Both the position numbers and the translations under genes were made by a program. Shown here in pieces: positions 28,095 through 38,638 of a stretch of 64,000 bases of DNA. The DNA is taken from IMG/VR virus record IMGVR_UViG_2695421015_000002. One strand, written 5' to 3'. The notes beneath the pieces were generated by a model. That model did no database searches and was not told where the DNA came from. It worked only from the letters and a program-made list of their open reading frames with translations. Source of the DNA: a virus (Duplodnaviria; Caudoviricetes). Each line of letters opens with the position of its first letter. Positions within the stretch are counted from its first letter, which is position 1.

Positions 28095-28567
28095 TTCTGA
28101 CGCCTTTATTTTTATTGTTGTTCCCCGCAGATCTGTGGGTGTGATGGTTCAAGGCAGCTCGTTCCTAGAGTTTTTGTAGCTATTGTCAGTCACCGACTGT
28201 GAGCTTCCAGACGGCTTAATTTTTCAGTCCTCCTTATCAACGTAATCGATGATGAACGATGCGAGCCCGTCAGCATGGGCCGCATCGCACACCTCGTAGA
28301 TGTCCTTGTACCGGCCGTGCCAGCGTTTGCCTGGCCATTTGGCGCGGAGCGTATCGTCATTAAGCCTGGCGTAGAGCACAGGCTTCTCGACTTGATCTTC
28401 AGAGTCCTCGGACACGGTCGACCCCAAACATCCTGATCTGCTCGCGGAGCTGAGCCGCGACGATCATTTCTTCCATCGCTGTCGTTTCGTCGATCAGCGG
28501 GACCTCGTCAGTTCGACGGGGAAATTTGCGGGTTCGTGGTTGCCTGGTTAGATCCTTGGTGATGCGA

Positions 28568-28957
28568 TCAGCGCGCCCAGAAGCGATCGCTGACCGGTGG
28601 TTTCGGTTGAATGTGCTTGGTGTACTTGCCCTTCGGAGTTTTCGGCGGACTCTGGTAGGGCCAGCCCAGCTCCTTACGCTTCATGGTGATCACCTTCCGA
28701 GCCCGGCCCGGAAGCAGCGGGACCAGCTCGGCAGATGACTTGTCCGTGTTGGTGCGCAGCACTTCCAGCTCGTTGTAGAGCCAGCACTTGCGCAACTTTG
28801 CCTTCAGCCGCTTGTGGTGGACGGCCTTCTCAGTCCGGCCAGGAAGCAGCGGCAGCAGCTTCTTGACCGATAGCGTCCGGTTGTTGCGCAGGACGTTCAG
28901 CTCGGCCTCGGTCCATCCGGGCCGCCAAGTGCGGTTTGCCGTGCTATCGTATTTCAC
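28568..28957 (-). CDS. Protein with two Myb/SANT-like HTH repeats
   Basis: WTEAELNVLR...LLPGRTEKAV and WLYNELEVLR...LLPGRARKVI. Confidence 0.6.
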   Translation of the reverse strand: MKYDSTANRTWRPGWTEAELNVLRNNRTLSVKKLLPLLPGRTEKAVHHKRLKAKLRKCWLYNELEVLRTNTDKSSAELVPLLPGRARKVITMKRKELGWPYQSPPKTPKGKYTKHIQPKPPVSDRFWAR

Positions 28958-29167
28958 GCGAATGCTCGCTTGCTGGTTACGACGAACAGCCGTTCGCTGC
29001 GCCGCATCCGGCCACGTCGCGACTTGGAGAATGGTTCGGGGTGACGCTTCCAGGTATGGCTCTCCAACAGGAAGCGGAATGCTGCGCCGATGGCGCGCTG
29101 GGCTGGCTTCGTCATGGGTGCCTCGTGAAGGAAAGGCCCGCCCTCCGTAGAGAGCGGGCCGTGGTTG

Positions 29168-29989
29168 TCAGTAGAAGCGGATGTTGCTGTTCAGCGCCCA
29201 ATAGGGAGCGGTACCGTCATCCGCCTGCACGAGCAGGGCCTTCCAGGGCTTGGTCGTGCGGGTCTTCAGCACGTTGACCTGGCGCTCGCCGTAGTTCCGG
29301 CGGTAAGCGCGGACCTTGTCGCCGGGCTTCACGACCCGGCCGTTTACGGTGACCGCACCCTCCGGCAGTGCCTCGGCCACGGTCTCGGTGATCTCGTCTT
29401 CCTCTTCAGACTCGGAGACGTGGTCGATCACTTGCGCCTGAGCAGGGATCGTGATCGGGACGATCGCGTGGAAGTCATTGTCGTCGCCGTGCTGCTCGAT
29501 GGCAGCGTCCTCGCTGGCGAATAGGTCATCGTAGACGCCGAAGTCGCGTCCCGACCTGTAGATCACCAGAAAGCGGGTCAGATCGCCGGTCTGGGCGTTC
29601 GCCACCCGCAGATCGCCGTCGAAGTCGTCGCCGTCCGTGTCGAACTGTGTGACAAGCTCGTCGCCGTCCGTGTTGGTCGAGACGACCACGACCGGATAGG
29701 CGTTCCCATCGAGCACGGCCAGGACGCGAGCGTTCGTGTGAACGACCGAGTCATCGTGCCGATCGAACACCTCGATCGCCTTGTTGAAGTCGACCGCGCC
29801 AACCGGATAGTTGGTCGCGGGAACGGCCGGGGGTTGCTCGATCGACAGCATCGTGTCAGCCGCGGCGACTGCCTCGGCCGAGGTCGCAACCTCGCCCTGA
29901 GTCGCCAGCATCTCAGCGGCACCGCCAAGATACGCGGATGCACCGGCTTCGATTACCACTCCGCCGGTCTGTCCCATCGTCGGATCCAT
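29168..29989 (-). CDS. Phage hypothetical protein (acidic)
   Basis: AGGAG RBS before ATG 29989; hairpin just after the stop. Confidence 0.7.
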   Translation of the reverse strand: MDPTMGQTGGVVIEAGASAYLGGAAEMLATQGEVATSAEAVAAADTMLSIEQPPAVPATNYPVGAVDFNKAIEVFDRHDDSVVHTNARVLAVLDGNAYPVVVVSTNTDGDELVTQFDTDGDDFDGDLRVANAQTGDLTRFLVIYRSGRDFGVYDDLFASEDAAIEQHGDDNDFHAIVPITIPAQAQVIDHVSESEEEDEITETVAEALPEGAVTVNGRVVKPGDKVRAYRRNYGERQVNVLKTRTTKPWKALLVQADDGTAPYWALNSNIRFY

Positions 29990-30092
29990 GTAGTTCTCTC
30001 CTTTTGTGGTTGCGTGCCGAGTTAAATCCCACCCCCGTTGAGGGGCGGCGCGCGGGTTACAACGGGGGTGTTGGTTTGCTGTCCGTTTGCCT

Positions 30093-30506
30093 TCAAGCAA
30101 ACGGCCAGACAGAATAAGGGCCGAAGGTTCCGTGGAAGGACACGTCGCAGAGCTTGCCTTCCTCGTCCTCGATCAGGTTCTCGTCTTCCGGATGGACGTC
30201 ATAGTCCATCAGCTTCACGACCACGCCGCGAGGCACTCGCGAGATGGTCGCCATGCCGCTTCGAAGCAGCACGATCACCATGCTGTCGGGCGTCGGCGAG
30301 TTGATGATGTCCCAGGGCGATTCCTCGTCGTTGCCTCGGAACGACTTGGGATACCGGCCATCTTCCTCGCGATAGCCGAGACGCTCGATGCCATCGAACG
30401 AGACTGCGAAGAGCAGGGGACCGCAGTCCCCATTGTAGAACCCCTTGCCGATCAGGCGGACAGGGCGACCCTCGCGGGTCTGCATCGGCTTGCTGAAATC
30501 AAGCAT
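30093..30506 (-). CDS. Phage hypothetical protein
   Basis: FSKPMQTREGRPVRLI motif common in phage proteins. Confidence 0.7.
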   Translation of the reverse strand: MLDFSKPMQTREGRPVRLIGKGFYNGDCGPLLFAVSFDGIERLGYREEDGRYPKSFRGNDEESPWDIINSPTPDSMVIVLLRSGMATISRVPRGVVVKLMDYDVHPEDENLIEDEEGKLCDVSFHGTFGPYSVWPFA

Positions 30507-30978
30507 CTTCGCGGACCTCAAGGTTGCGCAGACCGCAGACGCTCGGCCAATCGGGATCGCCGGTCTGCAGGAAGTTGTCGATCGCGGCCATCGCATAGGC
30601 CGGCGGGATCAGTTCGTAGGGGAAATCCCAGGCCTGGCCGTTATCGTCGTGAAGGTCGCACCGGTTGACGTCGGTGAAGGGAAAGAACAGCGGGTAGAGC
30701 GGCCGGCTGCGCTCCTGCTGGACGTAATGCGATGCCTTTGTGGAAGTCGTGGTGCGGTCGCGGGTCATGATCAGGAACATCCAGCCGCCGATGCAGCAGG
30801 TGGTGCCGCACTCATCCTGGTCGACGATGACGTTCATGTTGAAGCCGTTCTGCTGCTTCGGACTGTCGCCGTCGTCGAAGGCCAGCTTGTTGTTGGCGAA
30901 CAGTTCTCGGACCTCGATCGCTGCGAGGTACTCACCCTCAGTGATGCCGAGGGCCTTGTGTGAAAGTCTGTCGGGCAT
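30499..30978 (-). CDS. Phage hypothetical protein
   Basis: FNM...CGTTCCIGGW; GGAG RBS. Confidence 0.7.
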   Translation of the reverse strand: MPDRLSHKALGITEGEYLAAIEVRELFANNKLAFDDGDSPKQQNGFNMNVIVDQDECGTTCCIGGWMFLIMTRDRTTTSTKASHYVQQERSRPLYPLFFPFTDVNRCDLHDDNGQAWDFPYELIPPAYAMAAIDNFLQTGDPDWPSVCGLRNLEVREDA

Positions 30979-31062
30979 GTGATGCTCTCCTTGGTCAAGG
31001 GAATAATTTGCATTTGCTCGAACTGCAAGACAAAATTTGCATTCAAGCAAAGATCGTGATAT

Positions 31063-31521
31063 GTGCCTGCCCCCATGGGGAAATCTGAAATGGTGTGCGG
31101 CCTGCCCTGGCTTTCGTCGAAGCCGGAGAAGACCATCTTTGCCGAGCTGCAGTTCGACGCCGTCTATGCGGTCGGGCCGAGCGGCGGTCGCCCGCTGCGC
31201 CTGGCTTGCTCACATGAGCCGTTCAGACGGATCAAGGTGATCCAGCTTGGCTACTGGAACGAGTTGCAGCTCCACCACATCGTATGGACTGCCGGGGAAC
31301 TCTTCGCCAACCGCATCTTCAGTGAGGTGGCTGGCTTCTTCGACAAGGCGAAGCGCAGGCTGACCGGCGACTGGTTCGACGTTACGCCGGATTTCGCGGT
31401 GCAAGCCATACGCCTCGCCTCGGACAAGAGCGGTGTCCCCATCCTCTCGCATGGTGAGATGCTGGAGAAGGTGAGGGCAGTCAGGAAGAAGAAGATCGAG
31501 GACGCGATCCGGGCTTCCTGA
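31063..31521 (+). CDS. GIY-YIG/T5orf172-like protein
   Basis: VYAVG..G.P...RRIKVIQLG...LTGDWF. Confidence 0.6.
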   Translation: MPAPMGKSEMVCGLPWLSSKPEKTIFAELQFDAVYAVGPSGGRPLRLACSHEPFRRIKVIQLGYWNELQLHHIVWTAGELFANRIFSEVAGFFDKAKRRLTGDWFDVTPDFAVQAIRLASDKSGVPILSHGEMLEKVRAVRKKKIEDAIRAS

Positions 31522-31537
31522 TCGGAGCCGATATCTT

Positions 31538-31618
31538 GACCTCCGCTTTCGGCGCATAGGGGACATGGCCGGACTTGCTGCTGGCCCGACCCGGTCGCGA
31601 ATGACCCAACCAGACATT
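31538..31618. repeat. Palindromic border repeat of cargo block 2
   Basis: ACCTCCGCTTTCGGCGCATAGGGGACAT...TGACCC-N4-AGACAT. Confidence 0.55.
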
Positions 31619-31651
31619 CATGTGCTAACCGGCCGTCTAGTGGGCAGATGA

Positions 31652-33361
31652 TCAGGACGATCGAGGTGGAAGTGGCAACAAGTCAGAGGCCGTATCCTGC
31701 CCGGTGCCAACATCGCTGTCTTTCAACCGGTTCGGATGTAGCTCGCCCGCAGCCTCAAGTGCGGGATATGCGACTGAGCAGATGTGCGAGTGGATACGTT
31801 TGAGATCGCGCAAAACATCGAGATGGAGGGAACTCGTCTCTATGCTTTCGGGCCGCGCGTCACGCAGCCGGGCCAAATGGCTTTCCGCGTAGCCGAGTTC
31901 GGCGACACGCAGCTGAGTCTTTTCCGCGATCAGCGAGCGAGCGATACGCACGTCCTCGTTGATGAAAACACTAAAGGCAAGTTTCAGGTTCTCAATAATG
32001 CGCTGGTGAAACATCGCGAGTTCCGTCGCTCCCTCCTTCGAGAACTCGTATTTGTGCTTGATCTTCTTGCTGGCCAACTCCATCAAATTCTTGTCGATGA
32101 TGTCGCCTATATGTTCGAGGTTGATGGCGAAAGCGATTATCTCCATGGCGCGTTGGCCATCCCGATCATCAAGGCTTTCGCGAGTCACTTTGGTGACGTA
32201 GAGTTTTATCGCTTCGTCCAATCTATCGACGATGTTGTCCATGCGCGAGACTTCGGCCACGAGCTTGCGGTCGTTGCTCATCAGTGCCGTCATCGCCTGT
32301 CGCAGCATGCGCTCGACGACATCACCCATGTGCAGTGTCTCGCGGGCGGCGCAGGCTAGCGCCACGGACGGCATGTGGATCGCCGTCTCATCCAGGTAGA
32401 GGGGTGCGGATGGATCGGCCGCCTTTGGCGGGTCGGGCAGCAGCCGCGTCAACAGGGATGCAAGGCCGTCCAACAGGAAGACGAAGGCCAGCGCCAGGAC
32501 CACGTTGAAGGCCATGTGGAAATCGGCGGCCATCCGGGCGCCATTGGGATCAAGTCGCGCAAAGAGGTCTGCGATCGGCTGAATGAAGGGCAAGACAAAC
32601 GCGACGCCGGCAGCGCGATTGATCAGGTTCCCGATCGGCAGGCGACGGCTTGCCGGGTTAGCAGAACTGCCACCTTCCAGCAGTGGATTGATCGCGCTGC
32701 CAAGATTAGCGCCGAGGACGAGCGCGAGGGCCGCGACCGGACTCACGAACTGCGAATAGGCGAGCGACATGACGAGCAACACCACCGCAGCGCTGGAATG
32801 GGCCGCCCAGGTGAGCGCAGCGGCGATCAGGACGCACAAAACGGGCGCGCCTGTGATCGTGGCAAGAAGCGCTCGTACACCTGGAGCATTCTCGGCTGGG
32901 GCGAGCGTATCCAACAGAATATGGAGAGACAGCAGCATAAGGCCAAGGCCGATCGCCACGCGGCCTAGGTCGCGGGCCAGCCTGCGGCCGCCGAAGTTGA
33001 ATGCCAACAGGCCCACCAAAAACAGGACGGGTGCGACCGCCGAGATGTCGAACGAGAGGGCTTGCACGATTAATGTTGTGCCGATGTTGGCGCCGAGCAT
33101 GACGGCCAGAGCCGGGACAAGATCGATGAGGCCACGCGCAGCGAAGGACGTCATCAGCAGGCCGGTCGCCGTGCTGCTCTGTAGGAGCGCAGTAACGCCG
33201 ATCCCGGCCAGCAGCGCCAGAAATCGGTTCCGCAGCGCCCTGCCCAGCACCTGCCGCAATTCGGAGCCGAACGCGCGCATGATCCCGCTACGGACCATGT
33301 GCAGGCCCCACAGGAGCAAGGCAACACCGCCCATCAAGTCAAGAAGAACAATGCTTCCCAT
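31652..33361 (-). CDS. Na/Pi cotransporter family protein with PhoU domains
   Basis: LQSSTAT, GANIGTT, HSS, GANLG repeats; C-terminal LEHIGD and DLKRIHSH. Confidence 0.92.
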   Translation of the reverse strand: MGSIVLLDLMGGVALLLWGLHMVRSGIMRAFGSELRQVLGRALRNRFLALLAGIGVTALLQSSTATGLLMTSFAARGLIDLVPALAVMLGANIGTTLIVQALSFDISAVAPVLFLVGLLAFNFGGRRLARDLGRVAIGLGLMLLSLHILLDTLAPAENAPGVRALLATITGAPVLCVLIAAALTWAAHSSAAVVLLVMSLAYSQFVSPVAALALVLGANLGSAINPLLEGGSSANPASRRLPIGNLINRAAGVAFVLPFIQPIADLFARLDPNGARMAADFHMAFNVVLALAFVFLLDGLASLLTRLLPDPPKAADPSAPLYLDETAIHMPSVALACAARETLHMGDVVERMLRQAMTALMSNDRKLVAEVSRMDNIVDRLDEAIKLYVTKVTRESLDDRDGQRAMEIIAFAINLEHIGDIIDKNLMELASKKIKHKYEFSKEGATELAMFHQRIIENLKLAFSVFINEDVRIARSLIAEKTQLRVAELGYAESHLARLRDARPESIETSSLHLDVLRDLKRIHSHICSVAYPALEAAGELHPNRLKDSDVGTGQDTASDLLPLPPRSS

Positions 33362-33759
33362 TGAGCTGCACGCCTCGTGTCGATGCAGGTGCCGGCCCTT
33401 TGGTAAATAGCGCCGTTAGATGGTCAGTTCCAGTGCTGAATTTCGCGGTGGCCTGTTTTGAACTTGGGTTCGGAACCGTGCCGCTCTCGCTATTCGGCCA
33501 AGAGAATTTGTGCTAGATTTCCGATTGTGCGGCCCCTGGTCGCGCGTCCTACTATGACAAATGACTTAGCCCTGCCCGGCGCGATTATCCCCCGACACCG
33601 AGCGGGGCTTTTTATTGGCCGCCTCACTTGGCGGCCTCTTTCATTCGGTCTTCAGAAACGCCTTCATAGCGGTAATCCGCTTGATCTGTCCGCTTCCTCT
33701 TGGCGCGTCAGAATAAACGTTCCCCAAATGCGTTCCGGCTAGTATCAGACGAGCCGGAT

Positions 33760-34050
33760 CAATACGTTTCGACCAGCTACGTTGAGCGGGGCGCCGGTTC
33801 ACTCGCCTGACGAACGGCATTCTCAAAGAAGCTAGACAACCACGTCTCGGCGGTCCCGCTATACGTTGCCCACTACAACTTCTGCAGCGTTCATGAGGCC
33901 CAGTGGACGACGCCTGAGAGGGCGCTCAGTGTTGCCGCCCGCGCCTGGACAGTTGCGCAGCTTGTGGACGCGGCGCTTGCCGATGCGCCAGCGCTGCCAA
34001 CTGAAACGCCGCCTGATCGCCGCCGCAAGTTCACGGTAATTCATGGAGGA
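33760..34050 (+). pseudogene. IS1-family transposase C-terminal remnant
   Basis: Fragments translate as STSYVER, RRFTRLTNG, KKLDNH and YVAHYNFC..HEA across frameshifts. Confidence 0.6.
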
Positions 34051-34230
34051 AAGCTCTAAAAAACACAACCGCAGAGAAAGTGCCGGAGAGGCCCTATTGT
34101 GGTGTGGGTTCGCAATCCGCCGACGTCATTAAATTCCGTTTTAGAAGCACTTCGGTTGTGATGCTCGTTTCGGACTTGGCGTTTGGGTCGCCCTTTAATA
34201 TATCCCGGATGCACATGCATTAGGTGACCA

Positions 34231-34878
34231 ATGGTGAAAGAATCCAAATTCTTCCGGAAGCAGGCCGACAAGGCCGAGCGCATGGCGCGGGCTGTCTCAG
34301 ACGCCGAAATTGCCGAACGCTTCCTAAACATGGCGAGGGCTTATCGCGGTCAGGCGGATGTGCTGAAGGCTAAGAAAAAAGTCCGGCAAAAAGCTATGAT
34401 GCTGACAGCAAGCGTCCGCCAGTCAGATAAGGCCCATTTATGGCCTCAAGGAGAAAGTACAAATGACCCTGTCTTGGGGCGGGGCGTTACAGCAATGGCA
34501 AAGTCATCAAAGCTTGTTGCGACAAAGCGCGGGCGGGTCTTGTTGGTGAGAAGAAGGCGGGACCGGTTATGGATGTTCCCGGGCGGGCGCAGGCGCGGGC
34601 GAGAAACGGAAAAAGATTGCCTGCGCAGGGAAATCCGGGAGGAGCTTCCAAAGCTCAAACTGGGGCGGTTGAAGCTCTGGAAAGAGGTCAAGTCCAAGAA
34701 CCCCAGATCAGGACGGAAGATGAACGATGCTATATTCATCGCTAATAAAGCCTCCGGTCATCTCGCGATCGGTGACAAGAAGGAAATAGACAAGGCGACG
34801 TGGCGCAAACCGCGGGGCATCCGGTTAACACCGACCTCTCGTTACATCCGCGACAAGCTGTTCCCCAAGCGAGGCTAA
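34231..34878 (+). CDS. Small conserved protein read in frame into a NUDIX hydrolase (NUDIX starts at ATG 34495)
   Basis: Nudix box WMFPGG...ET...LRREIREE; N-terminal KQADKAERMA...AYR module. Confidence 0.75.
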   Translation: MVKESKFFRKQADKAERMARAVSDAEIAERFLNMARAYRGQADVLKAKKKVRQKAMMLTASVRQSDKAHLWPQGESTNDPVLGRGVTAMAKSSKLVATKRGRVLLVRRRRDRLWMFPGGRRRGRETEKDCLRREIREELPKLKLGRLKLWKEVKSKNPRSGRKMNDAIFIANKASGHLAIGDKKEIDKATWRKPRGIRLTPTSRYIRDKLFPKRG

Positions 34879-35255
34879 CTATTTTCGGGTTTGGCCCATC
34901 ACGTCATTTCGCTGCGCTGCGGAATTGATCGCTATCGGGGCATAGCGGATGATCAGTGTCCATGTCAGGCGGCCTTATCGTTGTCGTTGTTGGGCTTGCG
35001 GAGCCCATCGAGGCGGACCGCGAGAACGTGGATGTTGAGCGTCACCTGCTCCTTGCAGGTGAAGCCGGCCCGGTCCCGGTGGGTGTGCTTAAAGCTGATC
35101 TGATCGACCACCACCGTCGTGAACGGCAGGCGGTGGCGAGGCGGAACGCCAATGGCGAACATGTTCTTCTCCAGGTTATCTGCCCAGCATGTGCAGCAGG
35201 GTCAGGGCAAATGGGATGGTTGCGAGCAAGAGGACGCCGCATGCCCTCTGGCTGA

Positions 35256-35528
35256 TCATGCGAACCCGACCGTCTGACCACCGCGGATTAGGACGGCGAC
35301 GAAGCCGAAGTCCCAGGAGCGATCATCATTGCGCTTGCGGCTTGGCTTCACGCGGAAGCCATCAGCTCGCTTCTCGATGATGGCTTTGTTTCCGGCCTTC
35401 TCGGCCGCACTCGGAGACACGTAGAGGCGATCGGCATCCATGGCCGTTCTCCAGATCAGGAATGTTTGAGGGGGTGGTTCAGTTTGGGCGGGCGATCCCT
35501 TGAGCCCTTTTGCGAGCCCGTCGTTCAC
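35256..35528 (-). CDS. Phage hypothetical protein
   Basis: Last gene of a leftward early cluster. Confidence 0.5.
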   Translation of the reverse strand: MNDGLAKGLKGSPAQTEPPPQTFLIWRTAMDADRLYVSPSAAEKAGNKAIIEKRADGFRVKPSRKRNDDRSWDFGFVAVLIRGGQTVGFA

Positions 35529-35773
35529 GCCTGCTCTTGTTCAGCTTTTCGCCGTACAGCTCGCGCTTCCGTTACGCATTGTACGTCTTCAGGTCGGTGG
35601 TGTAGACGATCACCGAAGGGTGCGGCATCACACCGGCTCTTCGTCTTTGGTGTCCACCATGATCGTGAAGCGCTGCGAGACGATCCCGGACTTCTGGACT
35701 GCCTCAAAGCTGTTGGTCTTCGCGTTATCGATGGTGAAGGCCTTCTCCGTGAGGGCTTGCGCCAGCAGCTGGG

Positions 35774-36007
35774 CTAGGTCGCGGGTGGAGTAGAGTCGCA
35801 TTGAGCCTCCTCAAGACGGGCGTGGTGATCGTTGATGCGGGTCAGCGCCAGGTCGAGCTGGTTCATTAGCTTCCTGGCCTGGATAGGATACATGATCCCG
35901 CTGAAGCGGGTGCCACCGCCTGGACCGTAGATCGTGACGGACACGCAATCGTTCTCGCCATCATCCACGCTCCAGGGCGAGCAGAAGCCGGTCACTACTT
36001 CACGCAT
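35774..36007 (-). CDS. Phage hypothetical protein
   Basis: Overlapping operon arrangement. Confidence 0.55.
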   Translation of the reverse strand: MREVVTGFCSPWSVDDGENDCVSVTIYGPGGGTRFSGIMYPIQARKLMNQLDLALTRINDHHARLEEAQCDSTPPAT

Positions 36008-36221
36008 TGGTCGTCCCCAGATTGAATTTCGCCAGCCAGCGGGGGCCTAGATCATTGCGGAGCCGATGCAGCTCCGGGTGCTCTCGGCCTTGCTGATCGA
36101 CCCAAATCCTTGCGTTCATCCAATAGTCCAACGCCAGCTTGTCCTTCCACGTTCGGCCGAAGTGCTGAGCGAAGGCCTTCAGTCCTTCGATCTCCTCGTT
36201 GGTAAGGTCACGCTGCTTCAT
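36000..36221 (-). CDS. Phage hypothetical protein
   Basis: GRTWK..L...W...LHRLRNDLGPRWL pattern known from mobile-element proteins. Confidence 0.7.
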   Translation of the reverse strand: MKQRDLTNEEIEGLKAFAQHFGRTWKDKLALDYWMNARIWVDQQGREHPELHRLRNDLGPRWLAKFNLGTTNA

Positions 36222-36250
36222 TTGACTTGCTCACTTTCATGCGTTCCATG

Positions 36251-36895
36251 TCAGCCTTCCTGTTCGATCAGGGTGGTATTGAACTCGGCATCGTGGCTGC
36301 CTTCGACCTCGGACCAGTCGTCGATCAGCATCTCAAGTAGCCGGGCGAGAGCAGGGGGTACCGCTGCAAAGCAGGGGTAGGAGTTCTCGGATTGAGCGCC
36401 TGCCAGCCGCAATAGCCAGGCATTGAGCCGGACCCGGGCTGCGGTGACGATGCCTTCCTCGCTCATTTCCTCGTCAGACGGATGCTCGTCGATCCATTCG
36501 ATCAGGTCCGACAGCTCTTCATCGCTGTGGACTACAAGCAACCACGCCTTGTTCTCTAAGCCTTTCAGGCGTTCGATTTCGGCGAGCGCGGCGGCTTCCG
36601 ACTTGGACGGATCGTCGTCAGGCGTGTATTCTCCCCTGGCTTCTGCGATCAGGCAGCCGATCTCATCGAAATGGGGAATGAGGTAGCGGGCTTCCTTCTC
36701 GGAATCCATGATCGTGTGGATGCTATCCAGCATCGACACCAGCTTGTCGCAGACGGCGTCGCGCTTCTGCAGGCGCCATATCTCGCTGCACGCCAGATCT
36801 GCCTGATGTTCCGTATTATCCCGGTGTTCTTCCGGAACGGTGATGCCGAGCGCATTGAGAATGTTGTCGGTGAAGTCGACACAGGAATAGGTCAT
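36251..36895 (-). CDS. Phage hypothetical protein
   Basis: GGAGG RBS; ATG overlaps the upstream stop. Confidence 0.65.
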   Translation of the reverse strand: MTYSCVDFTDNILNALGITVPEEHRDNTEHQADLACSEIWRLQKRDAVCDKLVSMLDSIHTIMDSEKEARYLIPHFDEIGCLIAEARGEYTPDDDPSKSEAAALAEIERLKGLENKAWLLVVHSDEELSDLIEWIDEHPSDEEMSEEGIVTAARVRLNAWLLRLAGAQSENSYPCFAAVPPALARLLEMLIDDWSEVEGSHDAEFNTTLIEQEG

Positions 36896-37167
36896 CACGT
36901 CCTCCGGTAGGGTTGATCCAGCCATAACCCGAGCGGGAAAAAATGCCGGACGACAAAGCAATGCTTCTCCCGCTTCCCGACGAAGCCTTCGCCAGGAAAC
37001 AGCGTGTTGTCGTACCACTCGCGATCAGTGCGATGGGTGGGAGCGTAGTGGCGCGTCCCCGTGCCGCCCTGGTCACAAGGACGAAGCCTTGCCCAGGACG
37101 GCACATGTTCCATGGTGAAGCGGTGCGGGTACTGCGCCTTCGCTTGCTCGAAGGAGATGATGCGCAT
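36895..37167 (-). CDS. Phage hypothetical protein
   Basis: YPHRFTMEHVPSWA...YAP...DREWY. Confidence 0.7.
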   Translation of the reverse strand: MRIISFEQAKAQYPHRFTMEHVPSWARLRPCDQGGTGTRHYAPTHRTDREWYDNTLFPGEGFVGKREKHCFVVRHFFPLGLWLDQPYRRT

Positions 37168-37796
37168 CAGTAGCCTCGATTCCACACATCGACGGGGGTC
37201 AGGTCGTACTTCTCGCCGAGCCACTTCACGAAATCGGCCGGCGTTTCACCCAGCTCGAAGGACTGACGCATCCGCTCACCGCCATCGTCGGTGACCAGAC
37301 CCTCATAGGCCCACTGCTTTCGGGCCTCGCCCTTGCAATCGTCCTCGAAGCGCATCCAGGCGAACTGCTGCGCTACCAGCTGGGCGGCGCTGTGCGCGTC
37401 AATCAGCCCACCGCCGGTGTAGATGTAATCGCAGCGATACATCGATGCCTTGCCCTCTTTGCACACTGCATGCTTGAGCATGGCCGGGATCACTTCCCAG
37501 TCGTATGACCAGTAACTGAAGAAGTCTTCGTCACGCTTCGTCAGGATGTCGTAGATCTCCAGGCACCATCGGCCGAGGACGATCGATTGCGACCGCATCT
37601 CGCCGGAACCGCAGGTCTCGCGCATGTCGATCCATTCGAGCCGGATCGCCGCATGGGAGTGCGGGACAGCGTTCTTCCGCATCTTCTTGACGTCCTTCTC
37701 GGTGCCGAGTGTCCACTCATTGAGACATTCCCAGACGCAGAGCGCCGCCTCGACTTCGAGCGCGGTGTATTCCTTCTTAGCCGTGGTCTTGGCCAT
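37167..37796 (-). CDS. Phage hypothetical protein
   Basis: AGGA RBS; phage-like codon use. Confidence 0.7.
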   Translation of the reverse strand: MAKTTAKKEYTALEVEAALCVWECLNEWTLGTEKDVKKMRKNAVPHSHAAIRLEWIDMRETCGSGEMRSQSIVLGRWCLEIYDILTKRDEDFFSYWSYDWEVIPAMLKHAVCKEGKASMYRCDYIYTGGGLIDAHSAAQLVAQQFAWMRFEDDCKGEARKQWAYEGLVTDDGGERMRQSFELGETPADFVKWLGEKYDLTPVDVWNRGY

Positions 37797-38638
37797 TGTT
37801 GTCTTCCTGCTTGGTGTTGCGACGAAACCGGCGGCGCATCATCGCGCTGACGCGGCTTTTGGCGCGCTTCGAGCGGTTGTTGCTGTAGGTTTCGGAGGGA
37901 TATTCATCGTGGCCGGGACAGCAGCCATATTGCTTGCGGTCTCGACCGTAACCCTCTCAGTGTCCGCATGTGCGGCGTCCCGAATGACGCAAGGCAGGCG
38001 CTACACTGAGAGGGGTGATTTGTTGGTGGGCGAGGCGTGCTTCACCGGCTTTCGCCTCCACCGTGTCTCGCTGTCGCTACCACCATCGCGACCTCATCCG
38101 AGGTCCGGGCCTGTTTTCACCGGGAGCGCCCGGCTTCACTTCATAGGGGCGGCACCCCTACTAGCCCGGCGCGACCCGGGCTCGTCTCGCAAATGGCCCT
38201 AGCAGATTGTTCGTGCGCTGCTGGCCGCACTCTGCGTCCGGTCGCTCGCGGTTTCACCGGTCAGTCGAATTGGATGGCCGGATAGCGCCGGCCTCGCCAC
38301 CGCGTTTGTGTCGCGGCAACTATGAGCTTCCGGATTTCTCCCCGGTCGCAAACTTCCCTACGTCATGTCATGGTGGCCATCATCGCCAGGCGTGGACCAA
38401 CACCTATGTGGCTAGGCCGGTTTGAGGTGCAGAGCAGGTAACACTGCTCGCGTGGTCCTGCGGGTTTCCCCAGCCTTTGAGTGCAGACCGCTTCTACTGC
38501 ACTCCGGGGCCTCGTTACGCCGCCTCCTTGTTCTTGGAGGCGAGCGCGGCACGGCGTCGCAGCATTCGCACCTGAGTGCGACTGCCGTCGAGACGTGTTA
38601 CTCTTTGCCAGTCGTCCTCAAGCCTTGATGAGGATCGA

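Noticed and set aside
37860-38560. Possible IS or intron remnant with several hairpins
   Set aside because: No recognisable transposase or RT fragment or terminal motif could be read; left unannotated
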